Shown in pieces: positions 47,125 to 58,079 of a stretch of DNA of 64,000 bases. The notes under the pieces were generated by a model. That model ran no database searches, had not been told where the DNA came from, and saw only the letters and a program-made list of their open reading frames with translations. The position numbers and the translations under genes were made by a program. The DNA lies in IMG/VR virus record IMGVR_UViG_3300047472_000037, positions 2,502-66,501 of that record; one strand, written 5' to 3'. This DNA is from a virus. Numbering within the stretch: position 1 is the first letter of the stretch; each line of letters opens with the position of its first letter.

Positions 47125-47625
47125 ATGGGTAAACGTAGTTCATTCGAACGTATCGAAAAGGATTTCTATCGGTCTATCGACTTACGGATAGGTTCCAGCC
47201 TAATCAGTCATATCCCCACCGGGATGAAATATTATGAGCCTTGTGTTGGACAAAAAGATCTGGTTGATCAATTAGGATTTATCGATTGTGTGGGTTCTAG
47301 TGATATAGAAAAAGATGCATTGACCCTGACAGTAGATGACCTTAATGAGGCAGATATGATTATCACTAATCCTCCGTGGACTAGATCAATTCTACATCCT
47401 ATGATTAATCATTTTAGTTCAATGAAACCAACATGGCTTCTCTTTGATTCTGATTGGTCACATACGAAACAAAGCTCAGTGTATATGAAAGAATTATGTA
47501 CCGATATCGTTTCTGTCGGTAGATTGGTTTGGATTCCTGGTACTAAAGTGTCAGGGAAAGATAATTGTTCTTGGTACAGATTTGATAAAGATAAGTCAGA
47601 CGACACCAGATTTCACGGAAGGTGA
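47125..47625 (+). CDS. Putative DNA adenine methyltransferase
   Basis: DFY, YEPCVG SAM-binding motif, ITNPPW catalytic motif. Confidence 0.68.
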   Translation: MGKRSSFERIEKDFYRSIDLRIGSSLISHIPTGMKYYEPCVGQKDLVDQLGFIDCVGSSDIEKDALTLTVDDLNEADMIITNPPWTRSILHPMINHFSSMKPTWLLFDSDWSHTKQSSVYMKELCTDIVSVGRLVWIPGTKVSGKDNCSWYRFDKDKSDDTRFHGR

Positions 47626-47628
47626 TTT

Positions 47629-47907
47629 ATGAAATTTAAGAAAGCTAAAAAGTTTATCGATAGTTGTCCTATGTTTGATGACTCTGCCCTGGGACTGGCT
47701 GGTGAAGTCGGTGAAGTAATCGAATTGATCAAGAAGGATCGTCGTCCTGACGATCGTCGACAAGTTATGGACAAAGAGAAACTAGCCCTAGAGTGCTATG
47801 ATGTCTTCTTCTACCTAACTCGTGTCCTTAGTCAGTATGATATCGATTGGAATACAGCAGTGAAAGCAGGGGAAGATAAACTAACAAAGAGGTTTAACAA
47901 TGGATAA
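47629..47907 (+). CDS. MazG-like nucleotide pyrophosphohydrolase
   Basis: LGLAGEVGEV..LIKK...ECYDVFFY. Confidence 0.78.
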   Translation: MKFKKAKKFIDSCPMFDDSALGLAGEVGEVIELIKKDRRPDDRRQVMDKEKLALECYDVFFYLTRVLSQYDIDWNTAVKAGEDKLTKRFNNG

Positions 47908-48085
47908 TACAGTACAATATCTACAGACTATACTTACTAGTCTACGACGCGATCTCAGTTATCTCGTTCTGGATAATGCAGAGAAGACTAAGATGATCGA
48001 ACAGAACACTCAGGATATGGTTGCCATCCAAGCTAAGATTGATGATATCCAAGCATCTCTAGGAAAGCTTCAGAATGCCAACTGA
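47900..48085 (+). CDS. Coiled-coil hypothetical protein
   Basis: GAGG SD; heptad pattern. Confidence 0.5.
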   Translation: MDNTVQYLQTILTSLRRDLSYLVLDNAEKTKMIEQNTQDMVAIQAKIDDIQASLGKLQNAN

Positions 48086-48365
48086 TCGTTTTAGAGAACT
48101 GATTGGTCGCCTTCGTGACTTCGGAGATTTCTATGACCCTGACGAAGATAATTACTACGATGGTCTAGATGAATGGCTGGATGCTGATGCACCGATTGAT
48201 GACGAAGAGGATGAAGATGACTCAGAATGATTTCTTTGTAGCAATCCAGTATATACTAGAGACTGCCGAGCGTGAAGGTTGGAGTCTACGACAAATAGAC
48301 AGGGATGCTGGAGATGCTATTCAAGAGTATCTCGAAGTAAAAGGTTACTATAAAGAGGAAGATGA

Positions 48366-48719
48366 GTGAGAGTTCTCATCACTGGTTCAAGAGACTATGA
48401 GGATACGTTTCAATTTAACGAAACGTTGGATGAACTCCTTAAGTCCTACGATGATCCAATAATTATTGCAGGTGGTGCTAAGGGCGCAGATCGTCTAGCA
48501 AAAGAATATGCCCACATGAATTATCTACGTTATCTAGAGTTTCCTGCTAATTGGCCTAAATACAAGAAGAAGGCTGGAACTCTCCGTAATCTACAAATGC
48601 TCGATGAAGGTAAACCTCATTTGGTCATTGCATTCCCACTAGAAGGGAGCATCGGTACATGGCATATGGTAAAGATTGCACGAGAGAGAGATGTAGAAGT
48701 TATAGTCATAGGAGAATGA
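48366..48719 (+). CDS. SLOG-superfamily (DUF2493/YspA-like) protein
   Basis: ITGSR, GGAKGAD, AG..RN..M, AFP...GT..M. Confidence 0.78.
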   Translation: MRVLITGSRDYEDTFQFNETLDELLKSYDDPIIIAGGAKGADRLAKEYAHMNYLRYLEFPANWPKYKKKAGTLRNLQMLDEGKPHLVIAFPLEGSIGTWHMVKIARERDVEVIVIGE

Positions 48720-50450
48720 ATGAACGATAAGAAAACATATGGACCTAAGCTTGCTCTAAGCCAAGAAATCCACCAGACGAAATATCGATTGGGTAATGAA
48801 TCTTTCGAGCGAGCTATGACCCGCGTTGCTAACCACCTTAAGGATGATACAGAGCACTTCGATACTCTGAGAGATATTCTGCTGGAGATGAGATTTCTTC
48901 CGGCAGGCAGAGTACAATCCGCTGCTGGCTCTCCCAGAGAAGTGACTGCATATAATTGTTTTGTCTCTGGTACAATTGAAGATAGTATGTCATCTATTAT
49001 GCAGAAAGCTACAGAAGCGGCGGAGACTATGCGTCGTGGTGGTGGTATCGGCTACGACTTCTCACGACTCCGTCCTAGGGGTGATTTGATCGGATCTTTG
49101 GAGAGTAAGTCTTCTGGTCCCATTTCCTTCATGAATATCTATGATGCTATCTGTCACACTATTGCATCTGCTGGTCATCGTCGTGGTGCACAAATGGGAG
49201 TTCTCCGTGTAGATCATCCCGATATCGAAGAGTTTGTGAGGGCGAAGAACAATGGACAAAAGCTGACAGGCTTCAATGTATCCATCGGTATCACTGATGA
49301 GTTCATGAATTCTCTGGTCAGGGGAGAACGGTTCCCACTACGGTTTGAAGGTAAGACATACAAATATATTAATCCCAATTCTTTGTGGGATGAGATTATG
49401 AGAAGTACATGGGACTGGGCGGAACCCGGTGTTCTATTCCTTGATAGAATCAATGAGATGAACAATCTCTATTATTGTGAGACAATCGAAGCGACGAATC
49501 CATGTGGCGAACAGCCGCTCCCACCATATGGTGCATGTCTATTGGGTTCTTTCAATCTCACGAAGTATGTAACACCCGACAAGTCATTTGACTTCAATCA
49601 ATTTATTAACGATATTCCACCAGTCGTTAGGGCTATGGATAATATCATTGATCGTACTCAATACCCGCTAAAAGAACAAGAAGAAGAGGCAAAGAATAAA
49701 CGGAGAATGGGCTTAGGTATCACTGGTATTGCTAATACGGCTGAAGCTCTAGGACTACGATACGGATCAGAAGAGTATCTTTCCTTCCAAGATGAAGTCC
49801 TTATTATCCTACGAGATCATACATATATTGCATCTGCGTGTTTGGCAGAAGAGAAAGGATCTTTTCCTCTCTATGACCAAGAAAAATATCTCACTGGTCA
49901 GTTTGTAAAAACACTTTCCTCTCATGTACGAAAGCAGATTGAAGAAAAGGGTATTAGGAATTCGCACCTAACTTCTATCGCCCCCACAGGAACAATCAGT
50001 CTCACTGCAGATAATACTTCTTCCGGCATCGAACCACCGTACCTTCTTGAATACGAGCGAACTATCCAAACATTTGATGGTCCACGTATTGAGAGAGTTC
50101 AAGATTATGGTTTGAAGCACTTTAATGTTCGAGGAATGACCGCTAATGAAATTCCAGCTGAAGACCATGTGAAGGTTCTAGCCAGAGCACAAAAGTTTAT
50201 TGATAGCGCTGTATCTAAGACCTGTAATGTAAGCGATAAAGTTAGTTTCGACGATTTTAAAAACCTGTACTTTGATGCTTGGATTAAGGGTTGTAAAGGT
50301 ATTACTACTTTTCGATCAGCAGGAAAACGATACGGTATCCTGAATGCTGTGGACTCGACTAAGAATGAAGAGCCAGAAGATACAGTTTTGACAGAAAGTG
50401 CACAAGCTTGTTATATCGATCCTGATACTGGATCAAGGAGTTGTGACTAA
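48720..50450 (+). CDS. nrdJ: Class II (adenosylcobalamin-dependent) ribonucleotide reductase
   Basis: NCFV, GGGIG, RRGAQM, TNPCGEQPL, CLLGS, IAPTGTIS; no beta-subunit gene in the window. Confidence 0.88.
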   Translation: MNDKKTYGPKLALSQEIHQTKYRLGNESFERAMTRVANHLKDDTEHFDTLRDILLEMRFLPAGRVQSAAGSPREVTAYNCFVSGTIEDSMSSIMQKATEAAETMRRGGGIGYDFSRLRPRGDLIGSLESKSSGPISFMNIYDAICHTIASAGHRRGAQMGVLRVDHPDIEEFVRAKNNGQKLTGFNVSIGITDEFMNSLVRGERFPLRFEGKTYKYINPNSLWDEIMRSTWDWAEPGVLFLDRINEMNNLYYCETIEATNPCGEQPLPPYGACLLGSFNLTKYVTPDKSFDFNQFINDIPPVVRAMDNIIDRTQYPLKEQEEEAKNKRRMGLGITGIANTAEALGLRYGSEEYLSFQDEVLIILRDHTYIASACLAEEKGSFPLYDQEKYLTGQFVKTLSSHVRKQIEEKGIRNSHLTSIAPTGTISLTADNTSSGIEPPYLLEYERTIQTFDGPRIERVQDYGLKHFNVRGMTANEIPAEDHVKVLARAQKFIDSAVSKTCNVSDKVSFDDFKNLYFDAWIKGCKGITTFRSAGKRYGILNAVDSTKNEEPEDTVLTESAQACYIDPDTGSRSCD

Positions 50451-50524
50451 AATGGGTTTAATTATATTTCTTTTCTTTGTATTTCTAGTTTGGATTACGG
50501 TAAAGAAACTGGAGAATGATAACA

Positions 50525-50743
50525 ATGAGTGATCAGCAAGTTCGTATTGCTTTCATGGGTAGTTTCTTGGGTAATGATGAAGCTTCTAACTACCGAGATG
50601 AGTTCTTTGACTACTTCGGTCAAGACGTGAAAGATGGTAATCTAATTCTTCTAGAAGATAACATTCGATTTATCAATAATCATTGGGTTGTCAGGATTCT
50701 GGCAGAGAACTCTCAGACGACTATGGAGCTTGAACTTGAGTGA
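50525..50743 (+). CDS. Hypothetical protein
   Basis: GGAG SD region; acidic. Confidence 0.5.
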   Translation: MSDQQVRIAFMGSFLGNDEASNYRDEFFDYFGQDVKDGNLILLEDNIRFINNHWVVRILAENSQTTMELELE

Positions 50744-51077
50744 AGGACGAAAGGACGATGTGGGAAAGGTTCGAATGGATCTTCTTCCTCCTGAATTCCT
50801 ATTCGCGACAGCAACCATCTTGACCTTCGGGGCAAAGAAATATGCTGATCGTAATTGGGAACAAGGGATGAAATGGGGGAGGGTGTTTGGTGCCCTTATG
50901 AGACACATGTGGTACTGGTGGGGAGGTAAAGGTCCCACTACGACTAACTTTCTATTTGGTGATACAGACGAAGAAACAGGCTATAGTCACCTCTGGCATG
51001 CTGCTTGTTGTTTAGCATTTCTAATCTCGTACGAAGAGAGAAAGATTGGTGAAGATGACCGACATAAAAAAGTATAG
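50736..51077 (+). CDS. dATP/dGTP diphosphohydrolase-like protein (DUF5664-type)
   Basis: KDDVGKVRMDLLP, FGAKKY..RNW, RH, DEETG.SHLWHAAC; probable TTG start. Confidence 0.72.
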   Translation: MSEGRKDDVGKVRMDLLPPEFLFATATILTFGAKKYADRNWEQGMKWGRVFGALMRHMWYWWGGKGPTTTNFLFGDTDEETGYSHLWHAACCLAFLISYEERKIGEDDRHKKV

Positions 51078-51184
51078 TATTTATGCATCTCTGTTAATCA
51101 TTCTGATGGTTTCCTGTTACTTGACCTCTTGTGCATCCAAAGAAGATAACTACTGGGGCCAAGTCTCCAAAGGAGTAAACGAAA

Positions 51185-51544
51185 TTGTCAAATGATAATC
51201 TAATTTTGGCATTGGACTTCGACGATACCTATACTGCTAATCCAGAACTATGGGATAGCTTCATTATCCTATCGCAGATGTGTAATACAGAAGTAGTTAT
51301 CGCCACGTATCGACATGAAGTAGAGGACGCTGATCCCGCACTTGACCGTATAAAGCGATTAGGTACGAGGTGCTACTTCACTGACGGCAAGGCCAAGAAA
51401 CCCTTCCTTGAGGCTCTGGGTGTCAATGTGAACATCTGGATTGATGATCGACCTCAGACTGTCTACATGGATAGTGCTTGGGCACAGAATAGTCCAGAAC
51501 TCCACGCTTGGCGAGAAGCTAACGCAGAACGACTTAAGGCTTAA
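51185..51544 (+). CDS. HAD-superfamily phosphatase
   Basis: ALDFDDT, T, K, WIDD motifs. Confidence 0.72.
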   Translation: MSNDNLILALDFDDTYTANPELWDSFIILSQMCNTEVVIATYRHEVEDADPALDRIKRLGTRCYFTDGKAKKPFLEALGVNVNIWIDDRPQTVYMDSAWAQNSPELHAWREANAERLKA

Positions 51545-51606
51545 AACAAAGAAACCCTCGGAGGGACTAAGAGTTTCGGCTCCTAGTTTCACGAGGGTTT
51601 TATTTT
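51545..51606. terminator. Bidirectional terminator between the convergent arms
   Basis: AAACCCTCG...CGAGGGTTT long hairpin flanked by A and T tracts. Confidence 0.75.
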
Positions 51607-51615
51607 GTCTATTGT

Positions 51616-54600
51616 CTACTTTTGTTTATTCAAGAGATTTTCCATCTCCCTGTTGAGAGGAACCTCTCGGTCATTACCAGTATTCCAGTAGTTGGAAGAT
51701 GCTCTACCAGCAGCTCTCTGTTGTTCAGATCGACGGGCTTTACCAGCTTCTTTGGCGAGGATACTTTCAGATACATTCTTACCGAGGGTAGCCATATTAG
51801 AGGCATCTCCTACAGCACCTTCAAGCATAGCTTGTTTAGCCTCACGTACTTGTCCAAGAGATTCAACACTCAATGGGCCAGTCAATCGACGAACACGAGA
51901 TGCTCTAGGGTTAAGAACACCAAGAGTAAAGGTGATCAACGAGTTCAATGCCTGTTGGGGATCTTCTCCACGATCTACAGTGGTCAGGATCTTGTCGGCA
52001 TCAGATTTAGGTGTCTTTCTCGTCAAGTTGAGATAGGCATTCTTAGCCTCTTGTAACTGTCCCAGAACCTCTGGTTGATCATGGAAAATGATCTGAAGGT
52101 TTTTCAAGTCCTTAGACCCTTCACCGAAGATCTTCTTTGCCTGTGGTTCAGAGATACGATAGGCAGTTTCTTGTGGATTACCACCACCTGCTGGACCTAG
52201 AGACTGTCTAGAACCAAGACGATCACGGATGTAATCAAGATAGGTAGCCTTGAGGGAGTCTTTAGCAACATCACCCCTCGGGCCCAGCTTATTGATCTGA
52301 GTCATCATATCTATCAGTTTATCTTCAGAATCAGAAGCATTAAATATCTTCTTGATAGCTCCAGCTGTAGTACCACCACTCACTGCTCTTGCACCCTCTT
52401 CCCCTTGGAAGACGAATGGTTTTAGGACAGAGAGATTGGCTGTCCTATGAATCTCGGTAGCTTCTTCTTTGATCTTCTGAAGTTGAGCTTCATACCCAGC
52501 CTTACGGGAATCAATATCCGCTTTGGCTAGGTTAAAGTTACTTGCCCTAGCACCTTCAGATTCTGCTATAGCACTCTTGAGGTTAGAGAGTTCACCAGCC
52601 TTTTGACCAGACATCAACTGTAGAGTGTCCATCCGGGCAGCAAGATCACGATACTTAGAAAGAATAGGACTATCGGGACTATAACGTTCAAGACCAGTGA
52701 TAGTATCTTTCATCGAAGCCCTAAGAGCACTCAAATCCTGATCTCCACCTTTAGCCAATCCTTGTGCAAGATTATCAATGGATTTAGAGACAAGAACATC
52801 AGAGATACCTTGATCGATATTCTGACCACCTTGTTTAACACCCTTTGACAAAGCTTCCATAAAACGACCTTGATCAGGGGCATCAAGATTTTGGACGATT
52901 GAGTTCTGAAAAGTATTCTTCCAATCATTAACTCCCTGTCCTGGTCCTAGACCTTCACCAAATTTCTCCTTATTCATACGGATTTCACCCGCAGTAGCCA
53001 GAGGTTTGATTTGAGCATTATCACGCCAAGTAGTTACGTAATTAACGTACTTCTCTTTGGCATCATCAACCATCTTGATCACATCCCCATCACCATTGGC
53101 TTTCAAGAAGTCAAGCTGATCGTTTAGGATGTTGTTCTGGATATCACGTAGTGGTTGTAGTTTAGGGTCTTGAGGATTCTTGATCTTAGAAATCTCTGCC
53201 TGTACCTGACGTTTAACATTCATATACATATTAGAGAAACTGGGATCAGAGTTAACTTCTTCAGCAATCTTCTTCAAGAATGGATCGTCAGTCCCACCAT
53301 TATCTTTGATGATCTGTAACAGAGAACTAGGTTCACCCTCTGCACCAGACTGAGCAATCTTTTCATAGGCTGCATCAGTGTCCAATCTCATCTTTTTGAG
53401 ACCTTCATACGCTGGTTCAGACAATGCATTAATACGATTGATCTGTCCAGTATTAGACCCAAAAGGGTTTGCAGACATAGCTTGATCTATGATGGTACTC
53501 ATCTCAGGGTCACTGGTTATGACACTATTAGCCTGTGCCTTAGCATTTTCAACTTCTTGTGTCTTATTTGCCAGTTGGTTCTGTTCGAATTGGCTAGTCA
53601 TATCATTAGACTGTTTTAGTGTACCAAGTCCTGTATCGGCTCGGGCTATCTCAGAGGAAACGATGTCTTGAGTTTTAGCCAGACCCTTATCTGCCGCTTT
53701 ACCCTTAGCGATCTGTGCATTACCGAGTACATTACCAGCAGCTTCTTGACCCAGTTCAAGACTACCAACACCACTCTGGGCATCAGCAGCATCACTAAAG
53801 AGGTTATCGATCTGGTAGGCACCCTTAGCAGGGACTTCATTAGAGTTCAGTGCAGTACGGAGTTGAAATAGTCGATTAGAGGCATCATCAGCTTGGTGAG
53901 CTACCCAATCGTTAAAGTCTTTAGCACCCATGACTTCTTTTTGTCCAGCATAGGCTGCTTTGAAGTAGTCTCTAGCAATCTCTTGAAATGCGGCAGGAGT
54001 ATCCATCTGGACTTCTTTCCCAACACCAGAGAGTTGAAGATTCTTTACAGAATTCCTCTCTAGGGCATCAGCCATAGTCTTGATGTTGAAGGCTGCTTGT
54101 TCAGGAGCAAGTCCTACAACGTTAGGATCAAGCCATGTGAATAGCTTAAGACCAGCAGTAGTATTCGACATAGGCAGACGAGAGCCGATATCAGCACCAA
54201 GGACATTGATATCTCGGAGGCCACCAAAGGTTGGTTTAACGAACTTATTGGCAGCAACATTATATACTGCACCAAGAGTATTCAGAGAACCCTGAATGAT
54301 AGGAATGTCTAGGGCAAAAGAAATATCCTGTGCACGTCCCTTATCAACCCCCCACTTTTTCTGGATCCACTCAGGAGAAATAATACCCTGAGAGTCATTA
54401 GGGGCTACAGTAGCTTCTGCGAGACCGAAGGATAATCCAACGAGAGATGTCTTTGTGATGTTACTTGCAACTGCAAGGGCCTTTTGAGCACTACCCGTAC
54501 TTTTCAGAGTGGCGTCATAAGCCGTCTTAACCATCTGTTGAGTCGTAGGAGACAACATGGTAGCAGCTTTCCCTGCCAAACCTACAGCCTCGCCAACTGC

Positions 54601-55476
54601 TTTCACAGGACCAGCGATAACCTTAGGTCCGACAATGAAGGTGGCCATGTCATCTGCAAACTTCTCACCAGGACCAGTTGGGACAGTCTCAGGAAACTGA
54701 CGACCATAGTCACCTTCAGAGGTAAACCTAGGCATTTTTCCCTTACCGACATCAGTTATGACATCACCAACACCACCGATAATGTTCTGAAGAACTTGGT
54801 AGCCCATACGGACAATACCATCACGATCCGGTGGATCAACAAGATACTTTGTAGTAATCATAGGCTGGTTATCAGGACCAACAGGTTGATTCGGATCAAA
54901 GTTAGGATTATTGGTAGTTTGTGTTTGCACACGTTCAGTCTTAGCAATACCCATACCACCAGGATCAGCAGCGCCTGTATTAGCGTACTTAGTAGCCATC
55001 TCGTCAGCACGTTTATTATACATATCGACGAGTTCGGGTGGCATCTTTTGGTAAGGTGGCCATGCCATGTCGAGACTATACTTCCCAGTAATATGACTAG
55101 GATTAGTAGGGTCTGGTATCGGTAGATTGCCCCAAGTGTTACCAGAACTATTCTCATAATCAGAGAGTGCCTGATATTTAGGGTCATTACGGATAGGATC
55201 ATAAAGATCACTTTGGGATTGTAGAGTTGGATCTCTCTGAGGCTCAGGGAGGGGAGTATTAATCTCCTGTTGCCTCATAGTATTCAAATCATTCTGGAGT
55301 CCTTTATCAGGATCAGGGGGCATTGAATACCCTTGGTCCCAAGGATTGAGTGAAACAGAAGGAGCCTGTGGAGTCACCTCGGGTGCTGCCTGATAACCGG
55401 AATCCCAAGGATTTAATTCTTTCTTGGGGATAGCAGGTATAGAGCCCTTCAGAATTTCATCCTTTAGGTTGGTCAT
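51616..55476 (-). CDS. Large internal virion / ejection protein
   Basis: 1286 aa, helical Ala/Gln-rich, last gene of the structural arm. Confidence 0.65.
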   Translation of the reverse strand: MTNLKDEILKGSIPAIPKKELNPWDSGYQAAPEVTPQAPSVSLNPWDQGYSMPPDPDKGLQNDLNTMRQQEINTPLPEPQRDPTLQSQSDLYDPIRNDPKYQALSDYENSSGNTWGNLPIPDPTNPSHITGKYSLDMAWPPYQKMPPELVDMYNKRADEMATKYANTGAADPGGMGIAKTERVQTQTTNNPNFDPNQPVGPDNQPMITTKYLVDPPDRDGIVRMGYQVLQNIIGGVGDVITDVGKGKMPRFTSEGDYGRQFPETVPTGPGEKFADDMATFIVGPKVIAGPVKAVGEAVGLAGKAATMLSPTTQQMVKTAYDATLKSTGSAQKALAVASNITKTSLVGLSFGLAEATVAPNDSQGIISPEWIQKKWGVDKGRAQDISFALDIPIIQGSLNTLGAVYNVAANKFVKPTFGGLRDINVLGADIGSRLPMSNTTAGLKLFTWLDPNVVGLAPEQAAFNIKTMADALERNSVKNLQLSGVGKEVQMDTPAAFQEIARDYFKAAYAGQKEVMGAKDFNDWVAHQADDASNRLFQLRTALNSNEVPAKGAYQIDNLFSDAADAQSGVGSLELGQEAAGNVLGNAQIAKGKAADKGLAKTQDIVSSEIARADTGLGTLKQSNDMTSQFEQNQLANKTQEVENAKAQANSVITSDPEMSTIIDQAMSANPFGSNTGQINRINALSEPAYEGLKKMRLDTDAAYEKIAQSGAEGEPSSLLQIIKDNGGTDDPFLKKIAEEVNSDPSFSNMYMNVKRQVQAEISKIKNPQDPKLQPLRDIQNNILNDQLDFLKANGDGDVIKMVDDAKEKYVNYVTTWRDNAQIKPLATAGEIRMNKEKFGEGLGPGQGVNDWKNTFQNSIVQNLDAPDQGRFMEALSKGVKQGGQNIDQGISDVLVSKSIDNLAQGLAKGGDQDLSALRASMKDTITGLERYSPDSPILSKYRDLAARMDTLQLMSGQKAGELSNLKSAIAESEGARASNFNLAKADIDSRKAGYEAQLQKIKEEATEIHRTANLSVLKPFVFQGEEGARAVSGGTTAGAIKKIFNASDSEDKLIDMMTQINKLGPRGDVAKDSLKATYLDYIRDRLGSRQSLGPAGGGNPQETAYRISEPQAKKIFGEGSKDLKNLQIIFHDQPEVLGQLQEAKNAYLNLTRKTPKSDADKILTTVDRGEDPQQALNSLITFTLGVLNPRASRVRRLTGPLSVESLGQVREAKQAMLEGAVGDASNMATLGKNVSESILAKEAGKARRSEQQRAAGRASSNYWNTGNDREVPLNREMENLLNKQK

Positions 55477-57263
55477 TATTTAGCTTCCTTCCAATTAGAT
55501 TGATTTGTGTCATCCCAGGTTTTAGGGTCATTTGGATCCTTGGGGCTAAATACGAATTTCTTCCCACCAGCACCATCAACAACTTGTCCCGGTCGGAAAC
55601 CACGAGTAGATGTCGGAGCAACTACAGATGGGTCTTTATATTGACCAGTTTGTTGAGCACCCTGTTGACCTGCCTGAGCTTGACCGTAATCAATTGGCTG
55701 TCTGATTTGCTTGAGGTAAGCAATGAGTTCTGCTTTGGACTGATCATCCATGTTACCAGAAGCAATCATTTCCTGCAGTCTAGGAACAGAAAGACCTGGA
55801 TCAAATCCGTACAACTGCTTGAAGTTCGAGACCGATGGGTCTTTGTTCAAGGATTCACGTCGTGCATCGAGATTGATCAAGGTGTTAGAGAGGGCCTGTT
55901 GAACTGCCGGAGCGACTGTGTTCCAACGGGCATCCTCACCACCAACCTGTTCAAGCAAGTGTTCATAATCTTTATCAGAAGTCTTAGACGCCGAGAGACC
56001 ATTGGCAGTAGATAGGTTAGAGACAAGAGACTGACGAGCAGAACGGTAAAGAGCAGCATTTATGGCCGTCTTCTCATTAGCAGGAGATGTTAGAGTAGCA
56101 TTAAAGAAGTCAGACAGAGCAGCAGCATGGTCAGAGACATCCTTTTCGAGGGATTCTACCTTACCTTGTTGCTTATCTGCATTCATTCTCTGTTCTACCA
56201 TCTGCAACTGGTTCCATGCAGCGCCTGCTTCACCCTTCATGTTATTGAGGAATTCGACAGTACCGCCAGTCCACTTAGTGACAGCAGTGGGGTCTTCCCT
56301 AGCGATCTTAGTCATGATGTTGGCAGAGTTCAGGGCTGAGATATAGTTAGCACTCGCATCCTTAACTTCCTTAGAAGTCTGACCAAACTTATCAGTGACA
56401 TCATTCAATCGACCCATAGTAGTAGGGTCAATAATCCTGAAGTTACCAGAGATCGGTACACCCTGTCCGTTATTGGCAGTAGGGTCGGTTACGTTATAAG
56501 TCTTCCAACCACCAGTTTCAGTGTCAGGACGAGTTTCAGCATAGACGAGACCACCGGGAGTAATACGTCCCTGATCATCGAGGACGACACCCATCTGTTG
56601 ACCAGTCTTACCTTGTGCCTGAGCATTGGTACGAGCAGTCCAAACAGCAGCAGACTGAGCAGAATTAACTTCTTGCTGGGCCTTACGTATAGCTGATGGG
56701 TCCTTAGAAGCCTGGGCCTGAGCTAGGTTATTATAAAGGGATGCCATGTCAGGAAGGTTTTTCATGCTACGAGGATTGTATGTCACCATGTTCTGGGAGC
56801 TATCATCAGCGACCGTAGGTGTTATATTCTCCTTACGTAGGGTAGGGTCGATAGCATCAATCTTCTTATTAACGTCATTGTACTGAGGGCCATCCATACC
56901 AGTGTCATAAGTCATGGACACAGCAGAAGGGACCTGAACAGTCTGAGTCGGCTTTACATAATTCTTATTAGGGCTGTAATCACCATTGGCGATGCCCTTG
57001 TAGATAGTGTCATATTCAACACCGTTATTAAGCTGTGTATTCCAATAAGGGGCAGAGTTAGTATCACCAAATTGGGTGGCTAAGTCTTGAGCCTTCTTAG
57101 CATTTTGGGCTTCTTGTGTTTGTTTGGCAACACGGAGCTTCTTGTCAGACATAAGATTTTCCATCTTATACTTGAACATCGTGTCTTCTTGATCTTGTTC
57201 TCTCTGCTGTTTCTTTTGGTCAGCAGAAATATAAGCTTGGGCAAAACCTTCTGCAAATGTCAT
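55476..57263 (-). CDS. Internal virion protein
   Basis: 595 aa, MTFAEGFAQA N-terminus, TAATG coupling. Confidence 0.62.
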   Translation of the reverse strand: MTFAEGFAQAYISADQKKQQREQDQEDTMFKYKMENLMSDKKLRVAKQTQEAQNAKKAQDLATQFGDTNSAPYWNTQLNNGVEYDTIYKGIANGDYSPNKNYVKPTQTVQVPSAVSMTYDTGMDGPQYNDVNKKIDAIDPTLRKENITPTVADDSSQNMVTYNPRSMKNLPDMASLYNNLAQAQASKDPSAIRKAQQEVNSAQSAAVWTARTNAQAQGKTGQQMGVVLDDQGRITPGGLVYAETRPDTETGGWKTYNVTDPTANNGQGVPISGNFRIIDPTTMGRLNDVTDKFGQTSKEVKDASANYISALNSANIMTKIAREDPTAVTKWTGGTVEFLNNMKGEAGAAWNQLQMVEQRMNADKQQGKVESLEKDVSDHAAALSDFFNATLTSPANEKTAINAALYRSARQSLVSNLSTANGLSASKTSDKDYEHLLEQVGGEDARWNTVAPAVQQALSNTLINLDARRESLNKDPSVSNFKQLYGFDPGLSVPRLQEMIASGNMDDQSKAELIAYLKQIRQPIDYGQAQAGQQGAQQTGQYKDPSVVAPTSTRGFRPGQVVDGAGGKKFVFSPKDPNDPKTWDDTNQSNWKEAK

Positions 57264-57847
57264 TTCTTAGCTCCCCTATCAGCTGGATTAGGTTGTCCAG
57301 ACATAGCCATAAAACCACCAGTCATCAAATCTTGTTCCTGACCAGTCTGTTCCGTCCCTTGACCAGTATCTCCACTCTGTTCACCAGAGTCTGAAGGTGT
57401 CTGAGCATTAGGGTCGGGATCCTCTTGGTTGACAAGAGAGAAGCCACCAGCCGGGGTAGACAGATCAAGATGCTTATGGAAGTAACTACCAGTGTTGAAG
57501 TCATTCTCGTCATCTTCGATACCTAGATCGTATTCGACATCAAAACCGATACAGATCAATTCAATCATACGAGCAAGCGGACCAGCAAGGAGAAGGGCAA
57601 AGTCAACAGTCCACATACCCTCAGCCACACCTTGCATCAAGACGATCTGAGAGATCTGATAAACAGGAATCTGTAGTTCAGCCATGGTCAAGAGACCGTT
57701 AGCAACCTTGAACTTAGTGATCTTACCAGCAAGGAAGTCCATAGCACTGTTGACATCAGTATACTTCGGAGGCTGTCTCCAAGGATAGTTCTTGGTATCC
57801 GATGTCATATTTGCACCGGGGATTGGTCCACTATTTACTGTTCCCAT
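57260..57847 (-). CDS. Structural protein
   Basis: PIPGAN.T...NYPWRQPP; start MGTVNSG after GGAGG. Confidence 0.62.
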   Translation of the reverse strand: MGTVNSGPIPGANMTSDTKNYPWRQPPKYTDVNSAMDFLAGKITKFKVANGLLTMAELQIPVYQISQIVLMQGVAEGMWTVDFALLLAGPLARMIELICIGFDVEYDLGIEDDENDFNTGSYFHKHLDLSTPAGGFSLVNQEDPDPNAQTPSDSGEQSGDTGQGTEQTGQEQDLMTGGFMAMSGQPNPADRGAKK

Positions 57848-58079
57848 TGTCACCCTCCTGTGCACTAATCTCAGGCTCAACTTCATCTAGAAGTTCTTTA
57901 GCCTTTGGCATAGCTTTCTTGTTAATCTTTCGGATATGCTTCTCTTGATCATCGAAGAAGGACTGAGTGTACTTCACCTTGGTATCAGAAGTTTTATCTG
58001 TGTTTTTAAAGTAGTCAGCATTATTATAAAACGATGCCACTGCCCTCTTGAAGGCTTCATCTAGATTAACATCAGCCAT
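57831..58079 (-). CDS. Hypothetical protein
   Basis: TAATG coupling. Confidence 0.55.
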   Translation of the reverse strand: MADVNLDEAFKRAVASFYNNADYFKNTDKTSDTKVKYTQSFFDDQEKHIRKINKKAMPKAKELLDEVEPEISAQEGDNGNSK